Below, piece after piece: positions 1 through 16,689 of a stretch of 32,000 nucleotides of DNA. Under the pieces are notes generated by a model that did no database searches, was not told the DNA's origin, and saw only the letters and a list, made by a program, of their open reading frames with translations. Origin of the DNA: Escherichia coli (GTDB taxonomy: Bacteria; Pseudomonadota; Gammaproteobacteria; Enterobacterales; Enterobacteriaceae); assembly GCF_017639005.1 (NCBI RefSeq), contig NZ_CP067241.1; one strand, 5' to 3'. Within the stretch, counting starts at the first letter, position 1. The number at the start of each line of letters is the position of its first letter. The translations under genes were made by a program, and so were the position numbers.

Positions 1-1371
1 ACCTTCGGCACAAGAAACAGTGACGTTCTCACCGTCTTTCATCCGTTCTGTTGCATCTCCACAGCCCACTACCGCCGGAATACCCAGTTCACGAGCGATG
101 ATCGCCGCGTGACAGGTACGACCGCCACGGTTGGTGACGATGGCAGATGCTTTCTTCATGATCGGTTCCCAGTCCGGGTCGGTCATGTCAGTAACCAGCA
201 CGTCGCCAGGTTCGATGCGGTTCATTTCGCTGATGTCATGGATGACTTTCACCGGACCCGCGCCGATGCGATGACCGATAGCACGGCCTTCGGCGATAAT
301 CTTACCCTGTGAATGCAGCGTATAACGCTCCATGACCTGACCGCGTGAGCGCACGGTTTCCGGACGCGCCTGCACAATGAACAGTTTGCCGGTGTGGCCA
401 TCTTTCGCCCACTCAATATCCATCGGGCGACCGTAGTGTTTCTCAATTTGTACGGCCTGTTTTGCCAGTTCCTGCACTTCTTCGTTGGTCAGCGAGAAGA
501 TGTCACGCTGTTCCTGCGGTACGTCTTCGATTTTAACCTGCTTGCCGTGCTCCTGGGTCGGCGCGTAAACCATGCGGATTTTTTTCGACCCCATGGTGCG
601 GCGCACGATAGCCGGGCGATTCGCCGCCAGTGTCGGTTTGTGCACGTAAAACTCATCCGGGTTAACCGCACCCTGCACGACCATTTCACCAAGGCCCCAT
701 GCGGAAGTGATAAACACCACCTGGTCAAAGCCGGATTCGGTATCAATGGAGAACATCACGCCAGAAGATGCGAGGTCGGAGCGCACCATCCGCTGAACAC
801 CGGCGGAGAGCGCCACGCCACGGTGATCGTAACCCTGGTGCACACGATAAGAGATGGCGCGATCGTTAAACAGAGAAGCAAATACATGTTTCACTGCCAC
901 GAGAACGGCGTCAAAACCCTGAACGTTGAGGAAAGTTTCCTGCTGACCGGCAAAAGAAGCGTCCGGCATATCTTCTGCAGTAGCGGAGGAACGCACCGCA
1001 AACGAAGCGTTTTCGTCATCGGCGGAAAGCTGTGCATAGGCTTCGCGGATGGCGTTTTCCAGCTCAGGCTGGAAGGGAGTGTCGATAATCCACTGGCGGA
1101 TTTGCGCGCCCGCTTTCGCAAGCTGGGTAACATCGTCAATATCCGTTTTATCCAGCAGTTCATAAATGCGCTGGTTTACGCCGCTTTGGTCCAGAAACTG
1201 GTTAAACGCGTCGGCGGTTGTGGCGAAACCATTCGGAACGGAAACACCCATTCCGGAAAGGTTAGTAATCATTTCACCCAGGGAGGCATTTTTGCCCCCA
1301 ACCCTGTCTACATCATTCATGCCGAGTTGGTTATACCAAAGCACCAGCGGTGACGAGCCATTGTTGGACAT
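1..1371 (-). CDS. ppsA: Phosphoenolpyruvate synthase, N-terminal 457 codons (partial, runs off the left edge)
   Basis: Reverse complement from ATG at 1371 reads [34 protein letters not shown]... and stays open to base 1 (...[15 protein letters not shown]). It is missing from the ORF track because there is no stop inside the window. Confidence 0.95.
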   Translation of the reverse strand, partial: MSNNGSSPLVLWYNQLGMNDVDRVGGKNASLGEMITNLSGMGVSVPNGFATTADAFNQFLDQSGVNQRIYELLDKTDIDDVTQLAKAGAQIRQWIIDTPFQPELENAIREAYAQLSADDENASFAVRSSATAEDMPDASFAGQQETFLNVQGFDAVLVAVKHVFASLFNDRAISYRVHQGYDHRGVALSAGVQRMVRSDLASSGVMFSIDTESGFDQVVFITSAWGLGEMVVQGAVNPDEFYVHKPTLAANRPAIVRRTMGSKKIRMVYAPTQEHGKQVKIEDVPQEQRDIFSLTNEEVQELAKQAVQIEKHYGRPMDIEWAKDGHTGKLFIVQARPETVRSRGQVMERYTLHSQGKIIAEGRAIGHRIGAGPVKVIHDISEMNRIEPGDVLVTDMTDPDWEPIMKKASAIVTNRGGRTCHAAIIARELGIPAVVGCGDATERMKDGENVTVSCAEG

Positions 1372-1457
1372 CGAACAATCCTTTTGTGATAAATGAACGG
1401 TTTGAGAAACACATTTCTGCGCATTTATCTTTGCATATTTAACCGGATGAAAAAAAC

Positions 1458-1471
1458 GGTGAATCGTTCAA
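1458..1471. promoter_or_regulatory. Putative Cra (FruR) binding site upstream of ppsA
   Basis: GGTGAATCGTTCAA is close to the Cra consensus (GCTGAAACGTTTCA-like); ppsA is a known Cra-activated gene. Confidence 0.45.
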
Positions 1472-1702
1472 GCAAATATATTTTTTTACTTTTTAAGACT
1501 GATCCCAGCGTTGCGCAAATCTGCTCTCTTCGACAATTTCCACATAAACCATCGGTATAAACGAAACCATAAAAATGAAATGCTGTTTTCATAAAAAATA
1601 AAATTGAAGGTTCATTTATAAACCAGACATAACGTTCTACGCTTCTGTGCGTTTTTAATTTATGCTTTCATAGAATTATGTCTGCATCACGGGAAGAACA
1701 AA

Positions 1703-2536
1703 ATGGATAATGCTGTTGATCGCCACGTTTTTTATATTTCTGATGGTACGGCAATAACTGCGGAGGTATTAGGACACGCAGTAATGTCACAATTTCCCGT
1801 CACTATCAGCAGCATTACGCTGCCGTTTGTCGAAAATGAGAGCCGTGCACGGGCAGTGAAGGATCAGATTGACGCAATTTATCACCAGACAGGTGTGCGC
1901 CCGCTGGTCTTCTACTCCATCGTGTTGCCGGAGATTCGCGCCATCATCTTGCAAAGTGAGGGCTTTTGCCAGGATATCGTTCAGGCGCTGGTTGCCCCGC
2001 TACAACAAGAGATGAAACTGGATCCCACGCCGATTGCTCATCGTACCCATGGCCTGAACCCTAATAACCTCAATAAATATGATGCGCGTATTGCGGCGAT
2101 TGATTACACCCTTGCCCATGACGACGGCATTTCGTTGCGCAATCTGGACCAGGCTCAGGTGATCCTGCTCGGTGTTTCTCGCTGTGGTAAAACCCCCACC
2201 AGTCTGTATCTGGCAATGCAATTTGGTATCCGCGCGGCAAACTACCCCTTTATTGCCGACGATATGGATAATCTGGTGCTACCCGCGTCGCTCAAACCGC
2301 TTCAGCACAAATTGTTCGGCCTGACTATCGACCCGGAACGTCTGGCGGCGATTCGCGAGGAACGTCGGGAGAACAGTCGCTATGCCTCGCTTCGTCAGTG
2401 CAGGATGGAAGTCGCGGAAGTGGAAGCGTTGTACCGTAAAAATCAGATCCCGTGGATTAACAGTACCAATTATTCGGTAGAAGAGATTGCCACCAAGATC
2501 CTCGATATCATGGGCCTTAGCCGCCGAATGTACTAG
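1703..2536 (+). CDS. ppsR: PEP synthase regulatory protein (bifunctional kinase/phosphorylase, DUF299 family)
   Basis: 277-aa [34 protein letters not shown]... with P-loop-like [11 protein letters not shown]; divergent from ppsA. Confidence 0.95.
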
Positions 2537-2547
2537 AAAACTAGTGC
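2530..2547. promoter_or_regulatory. TrpR operator of aroH
   Basis: GTACTAGAAAACTAGTGC contains the CTAG...CTAG dyad typical of TrpR operators; it lies just upstream of a TATCAT -10-like element (2566-2571) ahead of aroH. Confidence 0.85.
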
Positions 2548-2692
2548 ATTGGCTTGCTTTTTTGTTATCATGCTAACCACCCGGCGAGGTGTGACACACC
2601 TCGCACTTGAAATCAGCTGCGATTGGTTTATCGTGATGCGCATCACTTCCCGGTAGTCCTGCCGTAGAAGCAACAAATTTCTGAGACTTGTA

Positions 2693-3739
2693 ATGAACAG
2701 AACTGACGAACTCCGTACTGCGCGTATTGAGAGCCTGGTAACGCCCGCCGAACTCGCGCTACGGTATCCCGTAACGCCTGGCGTCGCCACCCATGTCACC
2801 GACTCCCGCCGCAGAATTGAAAAAATACTGAATGGTGAAGATAAGCGACTGTTGGTCATTATTGGCCCCTGCTCGATCCACGATCTCACCGCTGCAATGG
2901 AGTACGCCACCCGTCTGCAGTCGCTGCGCAACCAGTACCAGTCACGGCTGGAAATCGTAATGCGCACCTATTTTGAAAAACCACGAACTGTTGTCGGCTG
3001 GAAAGGACTCATCTCCGATCCAGATTTAAACGGTAGCTATCGGGTAAATCACGGTCTGGAGCTGGCGCGCAAATTACTTTTACAGGTAAATGAGCTGGGC
3101 GTCCCTACCGCGACTGAGTTCCTCGATATGGTGACCGGTCAGTTTATTGCTGATTTAATCAGTTGGGGCGCGATTGGCGCTCGTACTACCGAAAGTCAGA
3201 TCCACCGCGAAATGGCTTCAGCACTCTCCTGTCCGGTAGGTTTTAAAAATGGTACCGATGGCAACACGCGGATTGCCGTGGATGCTATCCGCGCAGCCCG
3301 CGCCAGCCATATGTTCCTCTCACCAGACAAAAACGGTCAGATGACCATCTATCAGACCAGTGGCAACCCGTATGGCCATATTATTATGCGTGGCGGCAAA
3401 AAACCGAATTACCATGCCGATGATATCGCTGCAGCCTGCGATACGCTGCACGAGTTTGATTTACCTGAACATCTGGTGGTGGATTTCAGCCACGGTAACT
3501 GCCAGAAGCAGCACCGTCGCCAGTTAGAAGTTTGTGAGGATATTTGTCAGCAAATCCGCAATGGCTCTACGGCGATTGCTGGAATTATGGCGGAAAGTTT
3601 CCTGCGCGAAGGAACGCAAAAAATCGTCGGCGGTCAGCCGCTCACTTACGGTCAATCGATTACCGACCCGTGTCTGGGCTGGGAAGATACCGAACGCCTG
3701 GTCGAAAAACTCGCCTCTGCGGTTGATACCCGCTTCTGA
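2693..3739 (+). CDS. aroH: 3-deoxy-7-phosphoheptulonate synthase, Trp-sensitive
   Basis: 348-aa ORF MNRTDELRTARIESLVTPAELALRYPV...; DAHP synthase signatures (GPCSIHD, DFSHGNCQKQHRRQ). Confidence 0.97.
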   Translation: MNRTDELRTARIESLVTPAELALRYPVTPGVATHVTDSRRRIEKILNGEDKRLLVIIGPCSIHDLTAAMEYATRLQSLRNQYQSRLEIVMRTYFEKPRTVVGWKGLISDPDLNGSYRVNHGLELARKLLLQVNELGVPTATEFLDMVTGQFIADLISWGAIGARTTESQIHREMASALSCPVGFKNGTDGNTRIAVDAIRAARASHMFLSPDKNGQMTIYQTSGNPYGHIIMRGGKKPNYHADDIAAACDTLHEFDLPEHLVVDFSHGNCQKQHRRQLEVCEDICQQIRNGSTAIAGIMAESFLREGTQKIVGGQPLTYGQSITDPCLGWEDTERLVEKLASAVDTRF

Positions 3740-3744
3740 ATGCG

Positions 3745-3768
3745 TGCCCATTCCTGACGGAATGGGCA
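3745..3768 (+). terminator. Intrinsic terminator-like hairpin after aroH
   Basis: TGCCCATTCC-TGAC-GGAATGGGCA: 10-bp perfect stem with 4-nt loop, followed by TTTCT. Confidence 0.75.
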
Positions 3769-3829
3769 TTTCTGCGCAACTTGTTGTCTTCTCAACACAT
3801 TACTGCTTGCTCTGGCCCGCCAGAATATT

Positions 3830-3848
3830 GATAATAAGAATCATTGTT
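3830..3848. promoter_or_regulatory. Fur box-like sequence upstream of ydiE
   Basis: GATAATAAGAATCATTGTT matches 15 of 19 positions of GATAATGATAATCATTATC; about 22 bp upstream of the ydiE start. Confidence 0.7.
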
Positions 3849-3870
3849 ATATCAATTATTATTAATTTTT

Positions 3871-4062
3871 ATGCGTTATACGGATAGCAGAAAACTCACG
3901 CCTGAAACGGATGCCAATCACAAGACCGCTTCCCCGCAGCCCATTCGGCGAATTACCAGCCAGACACTGTTAGGTCCGGATGGCAAACTGATTATCGATC
4001 ATGACGGGCAAGAATATCTGCTCCGTAAAACTCAGGCTGGCAAGCTGCTGTTGACCAAGTAG
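3871..4062 (+). CDS. ydiE: HemP/HmuP-family small protein
   Basis: 63-aa [63 protein letters not shown]; the ORF-track start at 3844 is upstream of the likely start. Confidence 0.88.
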   Translation: MRYTDSRKLTPETDANHKTASPQPIRRITSQTLLGPDGKLIIDHDGQEYLLRKTQAGKLLLTK

Positions 4063-4065
4063 CCT

Positions 4066-5541
<1,476 letters not shown>

Positions 5542-5564
5542 TTAAACACCAGCAAACAGGAGGG

Positions 5565-6278
5565 TTATCGCTGAACCAACGTCGTTATCTGATTTACAGG
5601 AACGGCAGGCCACAGGCATCCCTGGAGAGCATGGAAATCAAAGGGGGTAATCTGTGCCATTATTTCTGGCGTATCAATGCCCCCCGCGATGATGCAATTG
5701 CAACATGGGGAAATTTGCGCCTGGATCGCACGAATAAACGGTTCGAAGGAGCGATGCGTGATTTGTTGCTGAATAAAACTTTTATCCAGCATGACGCGGG
5801 TGAAAAGACCATCAAAAACCGCTTTCATTGTGCTATTGCCTGCGCCCAAATTACCTAACACAAGGGGATACATTTGCGATAAGGAAAAAAGATCGCGATT
5901 ATCTTTTCCTTCATCGAGATGCGGGTAATTCTCATTAATCAACAGTTCAATAAACGGATATTTTAATAGTTCGCCCGCGTAATTATCCCTGTCTAATAAT
6001 AAAGTAGCCACTTGTGGGGTTAAATTAAGCCAGGCAAAGAGTTTATGTTGAATAAAAAAGTGTTGGCATGATTTTAGCAATTCCAACTGCTCAGAAAATA
6101 ATTGCCAATGTTGCTCCTCGGTAAGTTGCGCTATAACCCGACTCGTCGGTATACGAACCGTACCATCTTCACTGGAGAAATGGGTAATTAACTCAACGCC
6201 GACAAGGTCTTGCTGGTTATCTCTTATCGGCAGGAAATAGCAATCAGAATGATAAAGATTCTCCAAAAAAATCTTCAT
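5565..6278 (-). CDS. ydiV: Degenerate EAL-domain anti-FlhDC factor
   Basis: 237-aa ORF MKIFLENLYHSDCYFLPIRDNQQDLVGVELITHF...; EAL-like fold in which the EAL motif is replaced by VELI. Confidence 0.93.
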   Translation of the reverse strand: MKIFLENLYHSDCYFLPIRDNQQDLVGVELITHFSSEDGTVRIPTSRVIAQLTEEQHWQLFSEQLELLKSCQHFFIQHKLFAWLNLTPQVATLLLDRDNYAGELLKYPFIELLINENYPHLDEGKDNRDLFSLSQMYPLVLGNLGAGNSTMKAVFDGLFTRVMLDKSFIQQQITHRSFEPFIRAIQAQISPCCNCIIAGGIDTPEIMAQITPFDFHALQGCLWPAVPVNQITTLVQR

Positions 6279-6482
6279 GGTAACCGTCCCTCTCGAAGGA
6301 TGTTTTTCAGTATCCGGCTAAAAGGGATGAGGCCATAAGACATAACAATTACAGAAGGAGTAACTTTCATTTGTTCCATGTTAACCACTTTTTCAGGGGT
6401 CCTTTTATTAGATTATCCTGATTATAAACGAATAATCCATTTACGGAATTTTTGTCTGTAAAATACTACTGTATTCAGGAGT

Positions 6483-6515
6483 AAATGGACGGAGATGTAT
6501 CATCGCCGTCCATTT
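6483..6515 (-). terminator. Probable terminator hairpin after nlpC
   Basis: ATGGACGG...CCGTCCAT inverted repeat just downstream of nlpC; U-tract weak in the minus orientation. Confidence 0.45.
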
Positions 6516-6524
6516 TTCGACATA

Positions 6525-6989
6525 CTAGATTCGTCTCGCCTGCCAGAAATTTTTCTGCCAATAAACATTATCGAGTGAGGAACGCATCACTCCCTTGCTG
6601 GTAGAGGCGTGGATAAATTGGTTGTTGGTATCGTAAATACCTACATGCAAACCATTTTGTCCGGAGCCCGTTTTGAAAAAGACCAGGTCACCAGGCAGCA
6701 ACTCGTCTTTATCAATTTGCGTGCCGATAGAGGCTTGTTCTTTGGTTTCTCGGGGCAGCTGCAAATCGAAACGATCGCGCATCGTCACAACCACAAACCC
6801 CGAACAGTCCACACCGCGCCGCGTCATGCCACCATAACGATACGGCGTGCCATGCCAGCTCTGTAGCTGGTCGTTCAAACCGGCAATAACGGTAATCGAA
6901 TCAGAAAGTCTGGCATTTGGCGGCGGTGCTTTATGGTGGCTACACCCGGCCAGAAACAGTGCTGTGATCAAAATAAGGCAGAAACGCAT
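6525..6989 (-). CDS. nlpC: NlpC/P60 family lipoprotein endopeptidase
   Basis: 154-aa ORF; lipoprotein signal (LFLAGC) and NlpC motif YGGMTRRGVDCSGFV. Confidence 0.95.
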   Translation of the reverse strand: MRFCLILITALFLAGCSHHKAPPPNARLSDSITVIAGLNDQLQSWHGTPYRYGGMTRRGVDCSGFVVVTMRDRFDLQLPRETKEQASIGTQIDKDELLPGDLVFFKTGSGQNGLHVGIYDTNNQFIHASTSKGVMRSSLDNVYWQKNFWQARRI

Positions 6990-7066
6990 TCCGTACGGTT
7001 CCTCTGTTTTTTATTCTTGCATTAATTTAGCGTCGTAATTACCCGATTTTCAAGATACTAATGAAA

Positions 7067-7816
7067 TCAGATGGTCGAAATCAGCATTCTGTGACCTTCG
7101 ATATCCAGACGGCGAAAATTCATCCCATAGGCCTGCGCCAGATTTGGCGGCGTGAGCACCTCTTCCCTGCGTCCACTGGCCAGCATTTTTCCACCTTTTA
7201 GCAACCACGCCCGATGCGCATGACGCAATGTATGGTTGAGATCGTGACTGCTCATCACAATCGCCAGTCCTTGCTGACACAGCGCGCTCAGAATTTTGTC
7301 TAACGCACTTTGTTGCGCAACATCAAGACTGTTCATAGGCTCATCAAGAAGTAGTAATTGGCCTGCGGGATTGGCTTGTGGTGTGATTTGCAGCACCACC
7401 GCAGCAAGACGTACGCGTTGCCATTCGCCGCCGGAAAGTTGATTGGTGCTACGTCCGAGTTTGTCATCAAGAGCCAGCGCCCCTGCGACATCATTCAGTA
7501 GTTCGGTACGCGTTTTATCGTGCTGATGCAGTGTCAGGTAGTGCCAGACCGGCATTGCAAACGGCGGCGTCTGCTGTTGTGAAAGATAGGCGCGATGCAG
7601 CGCGAGTTTTGTTGCGGACCATGCTTCCAGTGGTTGCCCCGCGAACTGAATGCTTCCCTTACCGCTGGTCATTCCGGCCATTCGTGCAAGCAAGGTACTC
7701 TTACCCGCGCCGTTCGGCCCCACCAGGTGCAGGATCTCCCCAGCCCGAACCTCGCCAGAAAGCGGCCCCAGGCGGGTAGATTCCGCAACATCCTGTAACT
7801 GCATCACAATAGACAT
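7067..7816 (-). CDS. btuD: Vitamin B12 import ATP-binding protein
   Basis: 249-aa ABC ATPase: [28 protein letters not shown]. Confidence 0.96.
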
Positions 7817-8367
7817 TATTTTGCCAACGCCAGTTTAATGCTTTCCATCACAATGGGATCTTCCGGCGTCATATCCGGGGAAAAACGCTGGATGACCAAT
7901 CCGTCCCTGCCAACTAAAAATTTCTCAAAATTCCATAAAATATCATCAGGGTACAGCGGTGCACGACCTTTGCTGACCATACGGGCATAGAATCCGCTCT
8001 CTTCCGGCGCGACTGCGGTCGGCGCTGCGGCAATCAATTTTTGATACAGCGGATGGCGTCCTTCGCCATTAACTTCAATCTTACTGAACATCGGGAACGT
8101 CACCCCCCATGTGGTGGTACAGTAAGTTTTAATCTCTTCATCGCTGCCCGGTTCTTGTTCCAGAAACTGGTTGCACGGGAATCCCAGCACCACAAAACCA
8201 CGATCAGCCCAGGCTTTCTGAATATTCTCCAACTGCTCATATTGCGGCGTTAAGCCACACTTTGAGGCGACATTGACAATCAACAGCACATTACCGGCGT
8301 ACTTCTCCAGCGTGGTCACTTCACCGTCGATATCTTTCACTACGGTCGTCAGAATGGAATCTTGCAT
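7816..8367 (-). CDS. btuE: Thioredoxin/glutathione peroxidase
   Basis: 183-aa ORF with [12 protein letters not shown] and GFPCNQF glutathione-peroxidase motifs; sits between btuD and btuC. Confidence 0.95.
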
Positions 8368-8429
8368 CGTTTCTCCTGGGTGTGGTCAGTAAAAATCTTA
8401 GCTTTTAATCATAGACCGTCTTTTTGCGG

Positions 8430-9410
8430 CTAACGTCCTGCTTTTAACAATAACCAGATAAACACCGGCGCACCCAACGTTGCGGTGACCACGCCAATAG
8501 GCAGCTCTGCGGCAGCTAATGCCAGGCGCGCTACAATATCGGCCAGCAGCAATGCGCTCGCCCCTGCCAGCGCGCAGCCGGGAAGTAATACGCGATGATC
8601 GGTTAAACCACACAGCCGGAGAATATGTGGGATCACCAGACCAATAAAGCCGATAGCACCCGCCAGCGCCACACTGACGCCAACCATCCAGCCGGTCGCT
8701 GCCACCAACACATTGCGCCAGAACCACAGGGGTAAACCCAGTTGCCGCGCCGAGATCTCGCCAAGTGCTAACATATTCATTGGCCTGGACTGACAACAGA
8801 TCCACAACAACACGGGGATCAATGCCAGCATCAGCCAGCTTTGCCGCCAGTCTACGCCGCCAAAACCGCCCATCATCCAGTACATCAGCTGACGTAAATC
8901 AACAGAGGTGGAAAAGTAGATAGCCCACGTCATTAGTGCGCTACAGATAATCCCTAATGCAACGCCAGCCAGCAATAACCGACTGGTCGAAAGATGACGA
9001 CGGGCGAAACGTAAGAGTATTAAAGTGATGATAAGCGCGCCAGCAATCGCACACAGCCCCAGCGCCCAGTTGGGGAGTTGCCCTTGCCCAAGCAATACCG
9101 CGGCGATAAGCCCCACGCCTGCGCCATTAGAGACGCCAAGTAGTCCAGGTTCTGCCAGAGGATTTTCAAACAACGCCTGCATTACAGCGCCGGATATAGC
9201 CAGCGCCGCACCAACCAGCAATACAGCCAGCGTACGTGGCAGGCGAATTTGCCAGACGAACAGTTCGCCACGAGGAGTAAACCAGTCACCTGGCGAGATC
9301 CATTGTTCACCGGCGCAAAGGCTTAAGAGAAGCGCCAGCAGCATCAAAACTGACAGGCATAATAACCAGCGAATATTTTGTCGCTGTTGTTGGCGGGCAA
9401 GTGTCAGCAT
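8430..9410 (-). CDS. btuC: Vitamin B12 ABC transporter permease
   Basis: 326 aa starting [17 protein letters not shown]...; FecCD-type permease. The ORF-track start at 9419 is 3 codons upstream. Confidence 0.95.
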   Translation of the reverse strand: MLTLARQQQRQNIRWLLCLSVLMLLALLLSLCAGEQWISPGDWFTPRGELFVWQIRLPRTLAVLLVGAALAISGAVMQALFENPLAEPGLLGVSNGAGVGLIAAVLLGQGQLPNWALGLCAIAGALIITLILLRFARRHLSTSRLLLAGVALGIICSALMTWAIYFSTSVDLRQLMYWMMGGFGGVDWRQSWLMLALIPVLLWICCQSRPMNMLALGEISARQLGLPLWFWRNVLVAATGWMVGVSVALAGAIGFIGLVIPHILRLCGLTDHRVLLPGCALAGASALLLADIVARLALAAAELPIGVVTATLGAPVFIWLLLKAGR

Positions 9411-9467
9411 GGTATCCATTCTGCTGAAGTGTCATGGCGTTGATTTTACGGTGACTCTTCGACAGTG

Positions 9468-9500
9468 AAAAGAAAAAAGGCCGCAGAGCGGCCTTTTTAG
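9468..9500 (-). terminator. Intrinsic terminator after ihfA (bidirectional form)
   Basis: AAAAAAGGCCGCAGAGCGGCCTTTTTAG: GC-rich stem flanked by A and T runs. Confidence 0.85.
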
Positions 9501-9510
9501 TTAGATCAGA

Positions 9511-9810
9511 TTACTCGTCTTTGGGCGAAGCGTTTTCGACCCGGCTTTTTAACTTCTGCCCGGGTCTGAAGGTCACCACGCGCCGTGCTGTAATGGGAAT
9601 ATCCTCGCCCGTTTTCGGGTTACGTCCCGGGCGTTGATTCTTATCACGCAGATCGAAGTTACCAAAACCAGAGAGTTTCACCTGTTCGCCGTTTTCCAGA
9701 GCGCGACGGATCTCTTCGAAAAACAGTTCAACCAGTTCTTTGGCATCCCGCTTGCTAAGCCCAAGCTTATCAAACAGATATTCTGACATTTCAGCTTTTG
9801 TAAGCGCCAT
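9511..9810 (-). CDS. ihfA: Integration host factor subunit alpha
   Basis: 99-aa [69 protein letters not shown]... Confidence 0.98.
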
Positions 9811-9814
9811 AGGT

Positions 9815-12205
<2,391 letters not shown>

Positions 12206-12216
12206 CTATTCCTGCC

Positions 12217-13242
<1,026 letters not shown>

Positions 13243-13266
13243 TTAATTTTTTCAAAACGCGCATAC

Positions 13267-13296
13267 AAAAAAAGCCTCCACTGGGAGGCTTTCAGG
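13267..13296 (-). terminator. pheST attenuator terminator
   Basis: On the minus strand AGCCTCC-CAGT-GGAGGCTTTTTTT, directly between pheM and pheS. Confidence 0.92.
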
Positions 13297-13338
13297 CGCT
13301 GTTTTCCGTTTCTCTTCTCACGCGCTAGCCTCCTGGAG

Positions 13339-13383
13339 TCAGGTGCTAAAGTAAAAAAAGAAGCGGAAAATAGCAGCATTCAT
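13339..13383 (-). CDS. pheM: pheST operon leader peptide
   Basis: Minus strand ATG AAT GCT GCT ATT TTC CGC TTC TTT TTT TAC TTT AGC ACC TGA = [14 protein letters not shown], 5 Phe in 14 residues, followed by the attenuator. Confidence 0.96.
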
Positions 13384-13505
13384 TGCTTGCGTTACCTTTT
13401 GGTACTCTTCAAAAGACCTTTATTGAAAAGGCTACGGCGATAAAAGTCAATGTTTTGATGGCGTTGAAACGAAAAGAGGGAGACTAGCTCCCTCTTTCAA
13501 CTGGC

Positions 13506-13889
<384 letters not shown>

Positions 13890-13915
13890 TTAAAAAGTTA
13901 AAAAACGTTAACGGC

Positions 13916-14137
<222 letters not shown>

Positions 14138-14166
14138 TTAATAAACGAAACAAAGGCGAACAATGC

Positions 14167-14190
14167 CTGTGAAGCCCAAAGGCTCCACAG
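14167..14190 (-). promoter_or_regulatory. Hairpin in the infC-rpmI spacer, part of the region used for L20-mediated translational repression of rpmI-rplT
   Basis: Minus strand CTGTGGAGCC-TTTG-GGCTTCACAG inverted repeat upstream of rpmI. The L20 operator role is assigned from known biology, not proven by the sequence. Confidence 0.5.
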
Positions 14191-14209
14191 ACAGTGCTAC
14201 TTGAAGGCC

Positions 14210-14755
<546 letters not shown>

Positions 14756-16684
14756 TTATTCCTCCAATTGTTTAAGACTGCGGCTGCGAATCTCTTGTTG
14801 CAGCTTCTCGATCACTTCATTTACGTCCATGCTTCCCAGGTCTTTACCACGGCGGGTGCGAACGGCAACTTTGCCTGATTCCACCTCTTTATCACCACAG
14901 ACCAGCATATACGGGACGCGACGCAAAGTGTGCTCGCGGATTTTAAAGCCAATCTTCTCATTTCTCAAGTCTGCTTTAACACGAATGCCCGCATTTGATA
15001 GTTTTTGCGTCAATTCGTTAACGTATTCAGACTGCGAATCGGTAATATTCATGATAACAACCTGAACCGGCGCAAGCCAAGTCGGGAAGAAACCAGCGAA
15101 TTCTTCGGTCAGGATACCGATGAAACGTTCCATCGACCCCAGAATTGCGCGGTGAATCATTACCGGTACCTTACGCTCGTTGTCTTCGCCCACATAGGAG
15201 GCGCTCAGACGAGACGGCAAGGAGAAGTCCAGCTGTACTGTACCGCACTGCCATGCACGATCGAGGCAGTCATACAGGGTAAATTCAATTTTCGGACCGT
15301 AGAAAGCGCCTTCACCCAGTTGATATTCAAACGGGATGTTGTTTTCTTCCAGCGCAACCGCCAGGTCCGCCTCAGCACGATCCCACATTTCGTCGCTGCC
15401 AATACGTTTTTCAGGACGAGTGGAGAGTTTGACGACGATCTTCTCGAAGCCAAAAGTGCTGTACATATCATAGACTAAACGGATACATCCGTTAACTTCA
15501 TCGCGAATTTGTTCTTCAGTACAGAAGATATGCGCGTCATCCTGGGTAAATCCACGTACGCGCATCAGGCCATGCAGCGAACCTGACGGCTCGTTACGGT
15601 GGCAGCTACCAAACTCGGCCATACGCAGCGGCAAATCGCGATACGACTTCAGCCCCTGGTTGAAAATTTGTACGTGACCCGGGCAGTTCATCGGCTTAAT
15701 GCAGTATTCACGGTTCTCAGAAGACGTGGTGAACATTGCATCTTTGTAGTTGTCCCAGTGACCGGTTTTTTCCCACAGAACACGGTCCATCATGAACGGA
15801 CCTTTAACTTCCTGATACTGGTACTCTTTCAGTTTAGAACGAACAAACACTTCCAGTTCACGGAAGATGGTCCAGCCATCGTTGTGCCAGAATACCATAC
15901 CCGGTGCTTCTTCCTGCATATGGTACAGGTCGAGCTGTTTACCGATTTTACGGTGGTCGCGTTTCGCGGCTTCTTCCAGGCGCTGCAGGTAAGCGTTAAG
16001 CGCTTTTTTGTCTGCCCACGCCGTACCGTAAATACGTTGCAACATTTTGTTGTTGCTGTCGCCACGCCAGTAAGCCCCTGCCGTTTTCATTAGTTTGAAA
16101 TGATGGCAGAAACGCATGTTCGGTACGTGCGGACCGCGGCACATATCGACATATTCTTCATGGAAGTACAGACCTGGCTTGTCATCATGGGCGATGTTTT
16201 CGTCAAGAATGGAGACTTTGTAGCTCTCCCCACGGTTGGCGAAAGTTTCACGCGCTTCGTGCCAGCTGACTTTCTTCTTAATGACGTCGTAGTTTTTCTC
16301 AGCAAGCTCATGCATCCGCTTCTCGAGTGCTTCGACATCTTCCTGGGTTAACGTACGGTCAAGATCAACGTCGTAATAAAAACCGTTGTCAATAACCGGG
16401 CCGATTGCCATTTTGGTATGCGGCCAAAGTTGTTTAATCGCGTGCCCTAACAGGTGCGCACAGGAGTGACGAATGATCTCCAGACCTTCTTCGTCTTTGG
16501 CGGTAATGATCGACAGTTGTGCGTCGTTTTCAATCAGATCGCAAGCATCAACCAGTTCGCCATTAACGCGCCCTGCGATACAGGCTTTCGCCAGACCTGG
16601 ACCAATGTCCAGCGCAACATCCATGGGGCTTACAGCGTGGTCGTAATGGCGTTGGCTGCCATCAGGAAGAGTTATAACAGGCAT
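14756..16684 (-). CDS. thrS: Threonyl-tRNA synthetase
   Basis: 642-aa [51 protein letters not shown]... Confidence 0.98.
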
Positions 16685-16689
16685 TTTAT

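Noticed and set aside
394-1353. 319-aa plus-strand ORF
   Set aside because: Lies entirely antisense to ppsA; mirror ORF produced by GC-rich codon bias, with no recognisable domain.
891-1396. Apparent fragmentation of ppsA in the ORF track
   Set aside because: Artifact: the true frame has no stop in the window, so the track listed only out-of-frame fragments. The 457-codon frame is open from 1371 to 1.
7531-7838. Three overlapping plus-strand ORFs opposite btuD (62-82 aa)
   Set aside because: Antisense to the ABC ATPase; no support.
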